DNA of 38,535 bases from NCBI GenBank assembly GCA_041496385.1, contig JBGQEL010000034.1, positions 1 through 38,535 of the forward strand, in the 5' to 3' direction. Made by a program: the position numbers and the translations under genes. Below are positions 1 through 8,742 of this stretch, one piece after another. The notes beneath the pieces were generated by a model. It searched no databases, had not been told where the DNA came from, and saw nothing but the letters and a program-made list of their open reading frames with translations. This DNA is from Candidatus Methylomirabilia bacterium (GTDB lineage Bacteria; Methylomirabilota; Methylomirabilia; Rokubacteriales; CSP1-6). The first letter of the stretch is position 1. Each line of letters begins with the position of its first letter.

Positions 1-220
1 CGCGATGGGGCTGGCCGGCCACCGTGATCGCGGCCTCGCCGTCCACCACCTGGACGAGGGCGTCGTAGGGGGCGGTGTGCTCGCTCAGCTCCTGGCCGGC
101 GTCGAAGGCGAAGAGCGTGACGTTGCCCGTCTCCCGCTTGAGGACGATCCGGCTGACCACCGCCCCGTCCTGGTACGCCACGAGGTCCACGACGCGACTC
201 ACCTCCACTTGATCACTCAC
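1..220 (-). CDS. Cupin domain protein (3' end runs off the window)
   Basis: Not in the ORF track. Manual translation from GTG at 220 (GGAGG upstream) gives MSDQVEVSRVVDLVAYQDGAVVSRIVLKRETGNVTLFAFDAGQELSEHTAPYDALVQVVDGEA, the typical small cupin motif (LFAFDAGQxLSEHTAP). Confidence 0.88.
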   Translation of the reverse strand, partial: MSDQVEVSRVVDLVAYQDGAVVSRIVLKRETGNVTLFAFDAGQELSEHTAPYDALVQVVDGEAAITVAGQPHR

Positions 221-312
221 GGGCCCCTCCGCCGACGCCGGTCACCGGACCAGCGTATACGGGTCGGGGCCGGCTGTCATTGGGCCGGGCGGACGCGTAG
301 AGTCGAGGCGCC

Positions 313-621
313 ATGACCGAGCCGACGTCGGCCGACATCCTGGACGTCCTGCGTGAGGTGCTCGATCCCGAGATCGGGATGAACATCGTGGACCTCGGCC
401 TGGTGTACGAGGCCCGGGTGGCCGACGGTCACGTGCACGTCGCGCTGACGATGACGACGCCCGCCTGTCCGCTCGGCGAGGCGATCACCGAGGAATCGAA
501 GGCGGCCATCCGGCGGCGCGTGCCCGGCGTCCGCTCGGTCGACGTCGAGCTCGTGTGGGAGCCGCCGTGGCGGCCGGCGATGATGTCCGACGCCGCCCGC
601 AAGCAGCTGGGCTGGACGTAG
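313..621 (+). CDS. Metal-sulfur cluster assembly factor (SufT/PaaD-like, DUF59)
   Basis: DPEIGMNIVDLGLVY, TMTTPACP and LVWEPPW motifs. Confidence 0.92.
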   Translation: MTEPTSADILDVLREVLDPEIGMNIVDLGLVYEARVADGHVHVALTMTTPACPLGEAITEESKAAIRRRVPGVRSVDVELVWEPPWRPAMMSDAARKQLGWT

Positions 622-644
622 CCGGCGGCGGGAACCGGCGGCCC

Positions 645-1742
645 GTGCCGGCGCCACCCCGATGGCGGTCGCGAGCGCGCCTTCCGCTCATGGCGCTCGG
701 CATGCTGGCCCTCCTCGGCGCGCTCGCCGGCGGCCTCGTGCGGCTCGGCTGGCGGCTGCCCGTCGCCCCGTCCCTCGTGGCGTTTCACGGCCCGCTGATG
801 GTCTCGGGGTTTCTCGGCACGGTCATCGGGCTCGAGCGCGCCGTCGCCCTCGGACGTCTCTGGGCGTATCTGGCGCCGCTGGCCACCGGCCTCGGCGCCC
901 TCGCGCTCGCCCTGGGATGGCCGGGCGGAATCTGGCTGCTGACCCTCGGCAGCGCGGTGATGACGCTCGTCTTCGCCGCGATCGTGGCGCGCCAGCCGGC
1001 CCTCTTCACGCTCGTCATGGCGGCGGGCGCCCTCTGCTGGCTGGTGGGCCAGGCGCTCTGGCTGGCGGGGTGGCCGATCCACCGCGTCGTCTTCTGGTGG
1101 ATCGGCTTTCTCGTGCTGACGATCGCCGGCGAGCGGCTGGAGCTGACGCGCCTGCTCCCGCTCGGCGCCCTGGCGCGCGCGGCGTTCGTCGCCGCCGCCG
1201 TCACGCTCCTCGTCGGGCTCGCCGCCGTCTCCGTCACCCCCGACGGCGGCGTCCGGCTCGCGGGCGCGGCCCTGCTCGGGCTGGCGCTCTGGCTCGGCGC
1301 CTTCGACATCGCGCGGCGCACGATCCACCAGTCGGGGCTCACGCGCTTCATCGCGGTCGCGCTGCTCGCTGGCTACGTGTGGCTCGGCGCCGCCGGGCTC
1401 CTGGCACTCGGCGCGGGCGCGACCGCGGCGGGCGGACGGTACGACGCGATGCTGCACGCGGTCCTGCTCGGCTTCGTCTTCTCGATGATCTTCGGCCACG
1501 CGCCGATCATCTTCCCGGCGGTGCTCGGCATCCCGATCGCGTACCGTCCGGCCTTCTACGTCCACCTCGCGCTCCTGCACGCCTCGCTGCTCCTGCGCGT
1601 CGCCGGCGACCTGGCGCCGTGGCCCGCCGCGCGCGCGTGGGGCGGACTCCTCAACGGCCTCGCCGTCGTCCTCTTCCTCGCCGGCACGGCGTACGGCGCG
1701 CTGGCATTGCGCGCTGCGCGAGAGCCCGCCGCCGGGCCCTAG
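645..1742 (+). CDS. Multi-pass membrane protein with conserved intramembrane His (NnrS/heme-copper-like, function unknown); start may be GTG 645 or ATG 690
   Basis: About 12 hydrophobic segments, an internally repeated LERA/ERLE motif, FHGPLMV and [18 protein letters not shown]. Confidence 0.7.
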   Translation: MPAPPRWRSRARLPLMALGMLALLGALAGGLVRLGWRLPVAPSLVAFHGPLMVSGFLGTVIGLERAVALGRLWAYLAPLATGLGALALALGWPGGIWLLTLGSAVMTLVFAAIVARQPALFTLVMAAGALCWLVGQALWLAGWPIHRVVFWWIGFLVLTIAGERLELTRLLPLGALARAAFVAAAVTLLVGLAAVSVTPDGGVRLAGAALLGLALWLGAFDIARRTIHQSGLTRFIAVALLAGYVWLGAAGLLALGAGATAAGGRYDAMLHAVLLGFVFSMIFGHAPIIFPAVLGIPIAYRPAFYVHLALLHASLLLRVAGDLAPWPAARAWGGLLNGLAVVLFLAGTAYGALALRAAREPAAGP

Positions 1743-2038
1743 CCGCCGGCCATCGCCCCCACGACCAGCAAGGGCTCGGCGCCGCTCGCCACCGCGTCGG
1801 GCAGCCGGGCGTCCGGCGACTCGTGCGAGAGATCCTCTCCGCACGCGAAGAGTCTCAGGAACGCCCGGCGCCGCTGCGTGTCGTGGTCGCGGATCGTCCC
1901 GCGCAGCATCGGGTAGTCCGCCTCCAGCGCGTCGAGGACGGCGCGCTGGGTGACGGGCCCGACGACGTCCACCTTCACCTCGGCGCCCGCGCGCGCGAGC
2001 GTCCGCAGGTGCGCCGGGAGCACGACGCGCACGCTCAT
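1739..2038 (-). CDS. MoaD/ThiS family ubiquitin-like protein
   Basis: [15 protein letters not shown]...GAMAGG, 99 aa with C-terminal GG. The ATG overlaps the upstream stop (ATGA). Confidence 0.92.
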   Translation of the reverse strand: MSVRVVLPAHLRTLARAGAEVKVDVVGPVTQRAVLDALEADYPMLRGTIRDHDTQRRRAFLRLFACGEDLSHESPDARLPDAVASGAEPLLVVGAMAGG

Positions 2039-3150
2039 CGCAGCGTCTGGACCTCGACCGACACCACCGAGGGAAGATCCCGGACGATCGGGGCCCAGTG
2101 GTCCCCGGCGTCGGCGGAGGCGTAGACCTGGCCGCCGGTGGTGCCGAAGTACACGCCGCACGGATCGAGCGTGTCCACCGCCATCGCGTCGCGCAGCACG
2201 TTGACGTAGCAGTGGCTCTGCGGCAGCCCCTTCGTGAGCGGCTCCCACTCGTGCCCGCCCGTACGGCTGCGGTACACGCGCAGCTTGCCCTCGGGCAGGT
2301 AGTGCTCGGAGTCGCTCTTGATCGGGACGACGTAGATGGTCTCCGGCTCGTGCGCGTGCACGTCGATCGGAAATCCGAAATCGGTCGGCAGGTTGCCGCT
2401 GACCTCGCGCCACGACTCGCCGGCGTCGTCGCTGCGCATGACGTCCCAGTGCTTCTGCATGAACAGCACGTCCGGGCGCGACGGGTGCATCGCGATGCGG
2501 TGCACGCAGTGGCCGACCTCGGCGGTCGGGTCGGGGATCTGCTCGGAGCGCAGGCCGCGGTTGATCGGCCGCCACGTCGTGCCGGCGTCGTCGCTGCGAA
2601 ACGCGCCGGCCGCCGAGATGGCGACGAACATCCGCCCAGGGTGGATCGGATCTACCAGGATGGTGTGCAGACACATCCCGCCGGCCCCCGGCTGCCAGAC
2701 CGACGCCGACGGATGGGTGCGCAACCCGGGCAGCTCCTGCCAGCTCTGTCCGCCGTCGGTCGAGCGGAACAGGGCGGCGTCCTCCGCGCCGGCGTAGACC
2801 GTGTCGGGATCGGTCAGCGACGGCTCGAGATGCCAGACGCGCGCGAACTCCCAGGGGTGCGGCGTGCCGTCGTACCACAGGTGCGTGCCGGTGACGCCGT
2901 CGTACGCGAACTTGTTCCCCACCGTCTCCCACGTCCGGCCGCCGTCGCTCGAGCGCTGGATCACCTGCCCGAACCAGCTGCTCGACTGCGACGCGTACAG
3001 CCGGTTCGGGTCGGCCGGCGATCCCTTGAGGTGATAGATCTCCCATCCTCCGAAGTGGGGGCCGCTGACGTCCCACCGCTCACGCGCTCCGTCCGACGTC
3101 AGGACGAAGGCGCCCTTGCGCGTGCCGACCAGAACCCGTACCTGGCTCAT
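2035..3150 (-). CDS. BNR/Asp-box repeat beta-propeller protein (exo-sialidase-like)
   Basis: Repeated SxDGGxTW Asp-boxes ([40 protein letters not shown]). No signal peptide. Confidence 0.9.
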   Translation of the reverse strand: MSQVRVLVGTRKGAFVLTSDGARERWDVSGPHFGGWEIYHLKGSPADPNRLYASQSSSWFGQVIQRSSDGGRTWETVGNKFAYDGVTGTHLWYDGTPHPWEFARVWHLEPSLTDPDTVYAGAEDAALFRSTDGGQSWQELPGLRTHPSASVWQPGAGGMCLHTILVDPIHPGRMFVAISAAGAFRSDDAGTTWRPINRGLRSEQIPDPTAEVGHCVHRIAMHPSRPDVLFMQKHWDVMRSDDAGESWREVSGNLPTDFGFPIDVHAHEPETIYVVPIKSDSEHYLPEGKLRVYRSRTGGHEWEPLTKGLPQSHCYVNVLRDAMAVDTLDPCGVYFGTTGGQVYASADAGDHWAPIVRDLPSVVSVEVQTLR

Positions 3151-3539
3151 CCCTCATTCCTTCCTTGCCACCGGCGCTCTGTGTGCGGCGCCAGCCGCCA
3201 GCGACCGTAGGCGACGAACGCCGAGAGGAGTCCCGTCACCAGCGGGATCAGCGCGGACGCGACATCCCCGCCCGCCAGCGTGATCGCCGTCGCGCCGATC
3301 ATGATGATCAGCAAGCCCGCGGCGGCCAGCGGGGTCAGTCCCAGCCGGATGCGCAGGAGCCCGGGGAGGATCAGGCCGAGCGCGCCGAGCACCTCGGCGA
3401 CGCCCAGGAACCGCACGAACCAGCCCGGCAGCGGCAGCTGCTTCGTCATCTCCTCGATCGGCAGCACCAGCTTCACCCCGCCGGCGAAGAGAAAGACGGC
3501 CGCGAGCAGTCCCTGCACGATCCACAGCGCGTGGGTCAC
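3147..3539 (-). CDS. DoxX family membrane protein
   Basis: [20 protein letters not shown]...[12 protein letters not shown]...PLAAAGL. GTG start follows GGAGGAG. Confidence 0.88.
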   Translation of the reverse strand: MTHALWIVQGLLAAVFLFAGGVKLVLPIEEMTKQLPLPGWFVRFLGVAEVLGALGLILPGLLRIRLGLTPLAAAGLLIIMIGATAITLAGGDVASALIPLVTGLLSAFVAYGRWRLAPHTERRWQGRNEG

Positions 3540-3556
3540 GATCGGTCTCCTCCCCG

Positions 3557-4786
3557 TCATCCAGCCGGGCTCGGGCTCGACAGCGGCGGCGGAACCCGGT
3601 CGGGCGGGCGGAAGGTCGACGCGATGGCCACCGCGCCGAGGCCGATCCCGAACGAGCCGATGAAGAGCCAGGAGTAGCCGCCGAGCGAGTCGTACAGCCA
3701 GCCGCCGGCCCACGGGCCGAGCGCCATGCCCAGCGTGGACGTGAAGGCGACGGCGCCGAACACGGCGCCCATGATCCGCGCGCCGAAGTATTCGCGCACG
3801 AGGATGGCGTAGAGCGGCATCACGCCCCCGTAGGCGAAGCCGAACAGCAGCGCGACCGCGTAGAAGCCCGCCAGCTCGCGCGTGAACAGGTACAGGCTCA
3901 CGGCGGCCGCCTGCACGGCCAGCCCCACCACCAGCGTGCGCTTGGCGCCGACGCGGTCGGCCACGAGTCCGCAGAGGATCTTGCCGCTCAGCGAGGCGAG
4001 GCTCGCCGCGCTCAGCACGGTGGCGGCGACCATCGCGGTCACGCCGTGGTCGATGGCGTTGGTCACCATGTGAAAGATCGGACCCGAGTGCGCCGCGCAG
4101 CAGAAGAAGTACGCCAGCGCGAGGGCGGCGAACTGCGGCGTGCGCACCGCCTGCCCGACCGTCAGCTCGCGCGCGTCCGCCGGGGCGCCGCCCCGTGCTC
4201 CGACGGCGGCGGCGGTCGCGGACGCGGGAGGCTCCTTGAGGAGCAGGGCGGCGGGAATGATGACGAGCCAGACGACGTCGCCGATCACCAGCATGGCGAA
4301 GCGCCAGTCGTGGGCGGTGACGAGCCAGCGAACGAGCGGCCCCATGATGGCCGCGCCGACGCTGAGGCCGGCCGACACGAGCGCGACGGCCAGGCTGCGA
4401 TGCTGCGTGAACCAGCGGGTGGTCGACGCCATCATCGGCGTGTAGAAGCTGCCCGCCGCCAGCCCGACGACCACGCCGAAGAGGAGCTGGAACTGGGTGA
4501 GGGTCGCCGCCCGGCTCGCCGTCACCAGGCCGAGGCCGAGCAGCACGCCGCCCGCCAGCACGACGGCCCGGGTGCCGAAGCGGTCGGAGAGCGCGCCCCA
4601 CGCGAACGCGCCGACGCCCATGCACAGCCAGTTGATGAGCGCGGCCGTCGAGATTCCCGTGCGCGACCATCCCATCGCTTCGGCCATGGGCTGCAGGAAT
4701 ACGGTGAGGGAGGCCATGGCGCCGAATCCGACGCACGTCACGACGATCCCCACCCCGACGATGACCCAGCCGTAGAAGAGCTTCAT
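3557..4786 (-). CDS. MFS transporter (OFA/MCT-like)
   Basis: MKLFYGWVIV start, motif A (GALSDRFGTR and GLVADRVGAKR), 12 TM segments. Confidence 0.92.
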   Translation of the reverse strand: MKLFYGWVIVGVGIVVTCVGFGAMASLTVFLQPMAEAMGWSRTGISTAALINWLCMGVGAFAWGALSDRFGTRAVVLAGGVLLGLGLVTASRAATLTQFQLLFGVVVGLAAGSFYTPMMASTTRWFTQHRSLAVALVSAGLSVGAAIMGPLVRWLVTAHDWRFAMLVIGDVVWLVIIPAALLLKEPPASATAAAVGARGGAPADARELTVGQAVRTPQFAALALAYFFCCAAHSGPIFHMVTNAIDHGVTAMVAATVLSAASLASLSGKILCGLVADRVGAKRTLVVGLAVQAAAVSLYLFTRELAGFYAVALLFGFAYGGVMPLYAILVREYFGARIMGAVFGAVAFTSTLGMALGPWAGGWLYDSLGGYSWLFIGSFGIGLGAVAIASTFRPPDRVPPPLSSPSPAG

Positions 4787-5136
4787 GCCGGCGGCCCCTC
4801 CCGCACCGGCCGGACCTCGACGGTGCCCACCCGCGCCACCGCCCCGCGCGCGGCGATGGCGAGCGCCTCGTCGAGATCCTTGACATCGATGAGCATGTAG
4901 CCGCCGAGCTGCTCGCGCGTCTCCGCGAACGGCCCGTCGGTCAGGAGCCGCTGGCCGTCGCGCACCCGGACGCTGGTCGCCGTCGACGCCGGGTGCAGCG
5001 GGTTGCCCCCCAGGTACTGCCCGCTCGCCGTGAGCTGCTCCGAGAGCCGCGACTGCTCCCAGTAGATCTGCTGGCGCTCGGCCGGGGCCAGCCGGCCCCA
5101 GGCCTCGTCGAAATAGATCAGCAACAGGTATTTCAC
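4783..5136 (-). CDS. YciI/DGPF family protein
   Basis: KYLLLIY...TDGPFAETREQLGGY...EVRPV. GTG start after GGAGG. Confidence 0.92.
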   Translation of the reverse strand: MKYLLLIYFDEAWGRLAPAERQQIYWEQSRLSEQLTASGQYLGGNPLHPASTATSVRVRDGQRLLTDGPFAETREQLGGYMLIDVKDLDEALAIAARGAVARVGTVEVRPVREGPPA

Positions 5137-5154
5137 GTGTGCCTCCATCCTTGA

Positions 5155-5181
5155 GTCGAACGGCGGTTGCCCGGATCGACA
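5155..5181 (-). promoter_or_regulatory. ECF42-type promoter upstream of yciI (TGTCGA-N17-CGAC)
   Basis: The minus strand reads tgtcga tccgggcaaccgccgtt cgac, matching the ECF42 consensus (-35 TGTCGA, -10 CGA/TC), next to an ECF42 gene. Confidence 0.8.
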
Positions 5182-5200
5182 CTGGCAGTAAATTATCCCT

Positions 5201-6454
5201 GTGGCGCCAACCGTCGATGCCGCTGCGGTGGTGGATGCGCTCTATCGCTCCGACTGGGGCCGCATCGTCGCCATCCTCATCAGGCTCGTCGGCGACTTCG
5301 ACCTCGCCGAGGAGGCCGTGCAGGACGCCTTCACCGCCGCGGTGGAGCAGTGGCCCGCCGCGGGCGTCCCCGAGGTCCCGCGCGCCTGGATCATCCAGAC
5401 GGCCCGCCACAAGGCTATCGACCGCATCCGGCGCCGGGCGCGATTCGCCGAGAAGCTGGACCGGTATGCCATGGCCGGGCCGGGGGCCAGCGTCTCGGCG
5501 CCGGAGTACGACCCCAGCGCCATCCCCGACGATCGCCTCCGCCTCATCCTGACGTGCTGCCACCCGGCGCTGGCGCCCGAGGCCCAGGTCGCGCTCACGC
5601 TCCGCACGCTGGGGGGCCTCGAGACGGACGAGATCGCGCGGGCGTTCCTCGTGCCGACCGCCACGATGGCCCAGCGCCTCGTGCGCGCGAAGGGCAAGAT
5701 CCGCGACGCGCGGATTCCCTACGCGGTGCCGGAGGCGAGCGAGATGCCCGCCCGGCTCGAGGCGGTGCTGACGGTGATCTACCTGATCTTCACCGAGGGG
5801 TATGCGCCCACCCGCGGCAGCGCGCTCGTGAGGACCGATCTCTGCGCCGAGGCCATCCGCCTCGGGCGCCTCGTGCGGACGCTGCTCGCCCCGCCGGCCG
5901 CCGAGGCCACCGCGCTCCTGGCCCTCATGCTGCTCCACGACTCACGGCGCGAGGCGCGCCTCGACGAGGCCGGCGACCTCGTGCTGCTCGAGGAGCAGGA
6001 CCGGCGCCGGTGGAATCACGCGCAGATCGCCGGGGCGCTGCCGCTCGTCGAGGAGGCGCTGCGCGGGGGCCCCGGCCCCTTCGCGCTCCAGGCGGCGATC
6101 GCGGCCCTGCATTGCCAGGCGGCGCGGGCCGCGGACACGGACTGGCCCCAGATCGTGCGCCTCTACGAGGTGCTCGAGCGCCGGCAGCCCTCGCCGATCG
6201 TCTCCCTGAACCGCGCGGCGGCGGTCGCGATGGTGGACGGCCCGGGGCCGGCGCTGGTCCTCATCGACGCGCTCGCCGGCGATCTCGACCGCTATCACCT
6301 GCTGCATGCCGCGCGCGCCGATCTGCTGCGGCGGCTCGGCCGCACGGCGGACGCGGCGACGAGCTACGCGCGGGCGCTCGCGCTGGTCACCAACGACGTC
6401 GAGCGGCGGTTTCTCGAGCGGCGGCTGCGCGAGGCCCGGCCGCCGGGGCCGTGA
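5201..6454 (+). CDS. ECF42-type RNA polymerase sigma factor with C-terminal DUF6596/TPR extension
   Basis: [52 protein letters not shown]. 417 aa, paired with a DGPF gene. Confidence 0.93.
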   Translation: MAPTVDAAAVVDALYRSDWGRIVAILIRLVGDFDLAEEAVQDAFTAAVEQWPAAGVPEVPRAWIIQTARHKAIDRIRRRARFAEKLDRYAMAGPGASVSAPEYDPSAIPDDRLRLILTCCHPALAPEAQVALTLRTLGGLETDEIARAFLVPTATMAQRLVRAKGKIRDARIPYAVPEASEMPARLEAVLTVIYLIFTEGYAPTRGSALVRTDLCAEAIRLGRLVRTLLAPPAAEATALLALMLLHDSRREARLDEAGDLVLLEEQDRRRWNHAQIAGALPLVEEALRGGPGPFALQAAIAALHCQAARAADTDWPQIVRLYEVLERRQPSPIVSLNRAAAVAMVDGPGPALVLIDALAGDLDRYHLLHAARADLLRRLGRTADAATSYARALALVTNDVERRFLERRLREARPPGP

Positions 6455-6466
6455 GCCCCGCCGCGT

Positions 6467-6904
6467 CTACCCGGCGCGCGAGCGAGGGCGCTCGTCCGGC
6501 CTCGAGCGGCGGCGGGCGGGCGCCGCGCGCGCCGCCACCAGCACACAGCGGCAGCCGGGATGAAAGGGCGGCGTTGCGGCGGGATCGGGCCCGACCTCGC
6601 GCGCATTGAAGGGATCGCACGCCGGGCACGGCGGTCCGGCGTGCTGCCGGACGACGCGGGGCTGGATCCCCTGGCGGGCGTAGTGCGCGAGCATGGTGGT
6701 CCGATGGGCGAGCATCTCGAGCCATTCGGAGAAGAGCAGGAGCTTGCGCTGCTGGTACGCCTCGGCCTCCGGCGAGTGGGGCAGCGGGACGACGCGCAGG
6801 CCGTCCCACCGGGCCGGAAACGCATCACGCGCGGTGAAGAAGGCCTGCCAGCGGTCGAAGTCGGGCCAGGCGAAATCCTCGACGACGGTCAGCGGGAGGG
6901 CCAT
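6467..6904 (-). CDS. Hypothetical protein with a Cys/His motif (CPAC...PPFHPGCRC) like the MuF/SPP1 gp7 C-terminus
   Basis: C-terminal 145 aa of track ORF 6467..7621, from ATG 6904 (MALPLTVVEDFAW). Overlaps the desaturase end. Confidence 0.65.
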   Translation of the reverse strand: MALPLTVVEDFAWPDFDRWQAFFTARDAFPARWDGLRVVPLPHSPEAEAYQQRKLLLFSEWLEMLAHRTTMLAHYARQGIQPRVVRQHAGPPCPACDPFNAREVGPDPAATPPFHPGCRCVLVAARAAPARRRSRPDERPRSRAG

Positions 6905-7632
6905 GGCGCCCGGACACCCGACGGCCCCTGGATGGCGAGCAGGCGCACGGCGGCGAGCGACTGGATGACGGGCCACGAGGGGTCGAACTCCCAGCGGCGC
7001 ATGCTGAACTTCGCCGAGCGCGGGTGGGCGTGGTGATTGTTGTGAAGACTCTCGCCGCCGGTGATCCAGGCCAGGACGCGCGAGTTGTATGCGGTGTTCT
7101 CGAAGTTCTTGCTGCCCCGCCAGTGGCCGAGCGCGTTGATGAGGGGGGCGATCACGAAGACGTAGAGGACGGCATGCAGGAAGCCCGCGATCAGCCCGGG
7201 CCAGAGGCCAATGAGGAGGCAGAGCATCGTCAACCCGACCCCGAGGCCGGCCACGCCGTGTGAGAACAGCGCGCGATCGAGGCGATCGGGCTTCAGGTCC
7301 GGGGCGAACGTCTCGAGCGTCTCGGCGTTGCGGGCCTCGCGCATGTAGTAGGCGACGTTGAAGAGCTGGACACGCCAGAAGCCGAGCAGCCGTGGGCTGT
7401 GCGGGTCCCCCTCGCGATCGGTGAAGGTGTGGTGCTTGCGATGAACGGCCACCCATTCCTGCCGGCTCTGCCCGGTCGTCAGCCACAGCGCGGCGCGAAA
7501 GGCCACGTCGGCCACCGGGTGCAGGTGCAGCGACCGGTGCGCCAGCGCTCGATGCAGATAGATGGACGTGGCGATGACGGCCACCTGGGTGAGCACGATC
7601 GCCACGACCGGTACGGTCCACGCCCCACTCAT
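6889..7632 (-). CDS. Fatty acid (acyl-CoA delta-9-like) desaturase
   Basis: Three His boxes: HRALAH, HRKHH, HNNHH. Also GDPHSP and EFDPSW. Confidence 0.92.
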   Translation of the reverse strand: MSGAWTVPVVAIVLTQVAVIATSIYLHRALAHRSLHLHPVADVAFRAALWLTTGQSRQEWVAVHRKHHTFTDREGDPHSPRLLGFWRVQLFNVAYYMREARNAETLETFAPDLKPDRLDRALFSHGVAGLGVGLTMLCLLIGLWPGLIAGFLHAVLYVFVIAPLINALGHWRGSKNFENTAYNSRVLAWITGGESLHNNHHAHPRSAKFSMRRWEFDPSWPVIQSLAAVRLLAIQGPSGVRAPWPSR

Positions 7633-7657
7633 ATCGCCGCCTCCTCCGCGAGGACGC

Positions 7658-7912
7658 TCATCGGCCCGGCTTCGCCGGCCGGCGGCGCGCCTCGCTGCGG
7701 ATGCGACGCACCGTCTCCGCCTGACGGCCGACGTTCGCGAGGAGCGCCCGGTCGGTCGGCCGCTTGAGCCCCTCGTCGATGAGCGCCCTGAGCACGATCT
7801 GCAGGCTCACGGGAAGCTTCATGGACATCGTCGCCCGGCCGGCAATCCCCCGCGCCCGATCCACGAGATCCCGGGGCAGGACAATCAGCACGCGTGTCTC
7901 GTCCTCGAACAT
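7658..7912 (-). CDS. Small hypothetical protein, possible ribbon-helix-helix regulator
   Basis: TRVLIVLPRDLVDRAR...SLQIVLRALIDEGL fits a beta-strand plus two helices. AT-rich upstream region. Confidence 0.6.
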   Translation of the reverse strand: MFEDETRVLIVLPRDLVDRARGIAGRATMSMKLPVSLQIVLRALIDEGLKRPTDRALLANVGRQAETVRRIRSEARRRPAKPGR

Positions 7913-8011
7913 CGATCGCCTTTATATCATATATCTTTGCTATACATTATCTGGTACCCTAGAAGCCGTCCGAGCCATCCTTCCCGGCGGACCACATTCA
8001 GGGGGTGCATC

Positions 8012-8332
8012 ATGGCGCAGAAACTCTTCATCGGCGGACTTTCCTTTTCGACATCCACCGAGAAGCTCCGCGAGACGTTCGCGCAGGCCGGCCAGGTCGA
8101 GTCGGCGGCCGTCGTCACCGATCGCGACACCGGCCACTCACGCGGCTTCGGGTTCGTCGAGATGTCCACGGTCGAGGAAGCCGACCGGGCCATCGCGCAG
8201 TTCAACGGCAAGGACCTCGATGGGCGCCAGCTCCGGGTGGAAAAGGCGACGTCGGGCGGCAGCAAGAGCGGCGGCTCCGGCGGCTCGCGGGGCGGCTTCG
8301 GCGGTGGGGCGTCGAGAGGCGGCCGGTGGTAG
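8012..8332 (+). CDS. RRM RNA-binding protein with Gly-rich tail
   Basis: RNP2 KLFIGGL, RNP1 RGFGFVEM, C-terminal GG/RGG tail. Confidence 0.95.
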   Translation: MAQKLFIGGLSFSTSTEKLRETFAQAGQVESAAVVTDRDTGHSRGFGFVEMSTVEEADRAIAQFNGKDLDGRQLRVEKATSGGSKSGGSGGSRGGFGGGASRGGRW

Positions 8333-8347
8333 GGGCCGGCTAGCCGC

Positions 8348-8563
8348 ATGGACGTCACGGCGTTCAACACTCCGGACGATCCATCCTGGCGCTGGCGGAT
8401 CGTCAACTACGCGGGCGAGACGGTCGCCGAGTCCCACGAGGGATTTCCGACGATCGGCGCCGCCGTGCGGCAGGGGGCGAAGCGGATGACCGAGATGAAC
8501 GTCGTCGATCACACGCGGCCGGTCAACTGGCGCCGCTCGACTTCCTACCTCCGGCAGCGCTGA
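8348..8563 (+). CDS. Small hypothetical protein (YegP/DUF1508-like)
   Basis: WRWRIVNYAGETVAESHEGF resembles the DUF1508 WRWRL..NGE.IA.S.EGY pattern. Confidence 0.6.
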   Translation: MDVTAFNTPDDPSWRWRIVNYAGETVAESHEGFPTIGAAVRQGAKRMTEMNVVDHTRPVNWRRSTSYLRQR

Positions 8564-8732
8564 CCCGCTCCGCGCTCGCCGCCTGCCCCTCGGGGGATGA
8601 CCCGCCGCGCTCGCGCCCGTGGCCGAGCTTTATCCAGCCGTTCGTCTTGAAGTTGTACTGATAGACGACCCCGTCGCCGTCGAGGCCGAACAGGTCGTTC
8701 TGCGATGCACAGATCTGGATCAGCTTCGCCAT
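8523..8732 (-). CDS. Small hypothetical protein (single tectonin-like blade)
   Basis: Strong RBS (AGGAGG) directly after the cgs stop. Sequence MAKLIQICASQNDLFGLDGDGVVYQYNFKTNGWIKL. Confidence 0.65.
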   Translation of the reverse strand: MAKLIQICASQNDLFGLDGDGVVYQYNFKTNGWIKLGHGRERGGSSPEGQAASAERVSAAGGRKSSGAS

Positions 8733-8742
8733 GGGCGGCCTC

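Noticed and set aside
3557..5938. 793-aa ORF as an MFS fusion, and similar N-terminal extensions of the doxX, moaD, SDR and cgs ORFs
   Set aside because: The extensions overlap other real genes. Internal starts with RBS or ATGA coupling fit the family N-termini.
6467..6904. Prophage call from the MuF-like motif
   Set aside because: No portal, terminase, capsid or integrase genes in the window.
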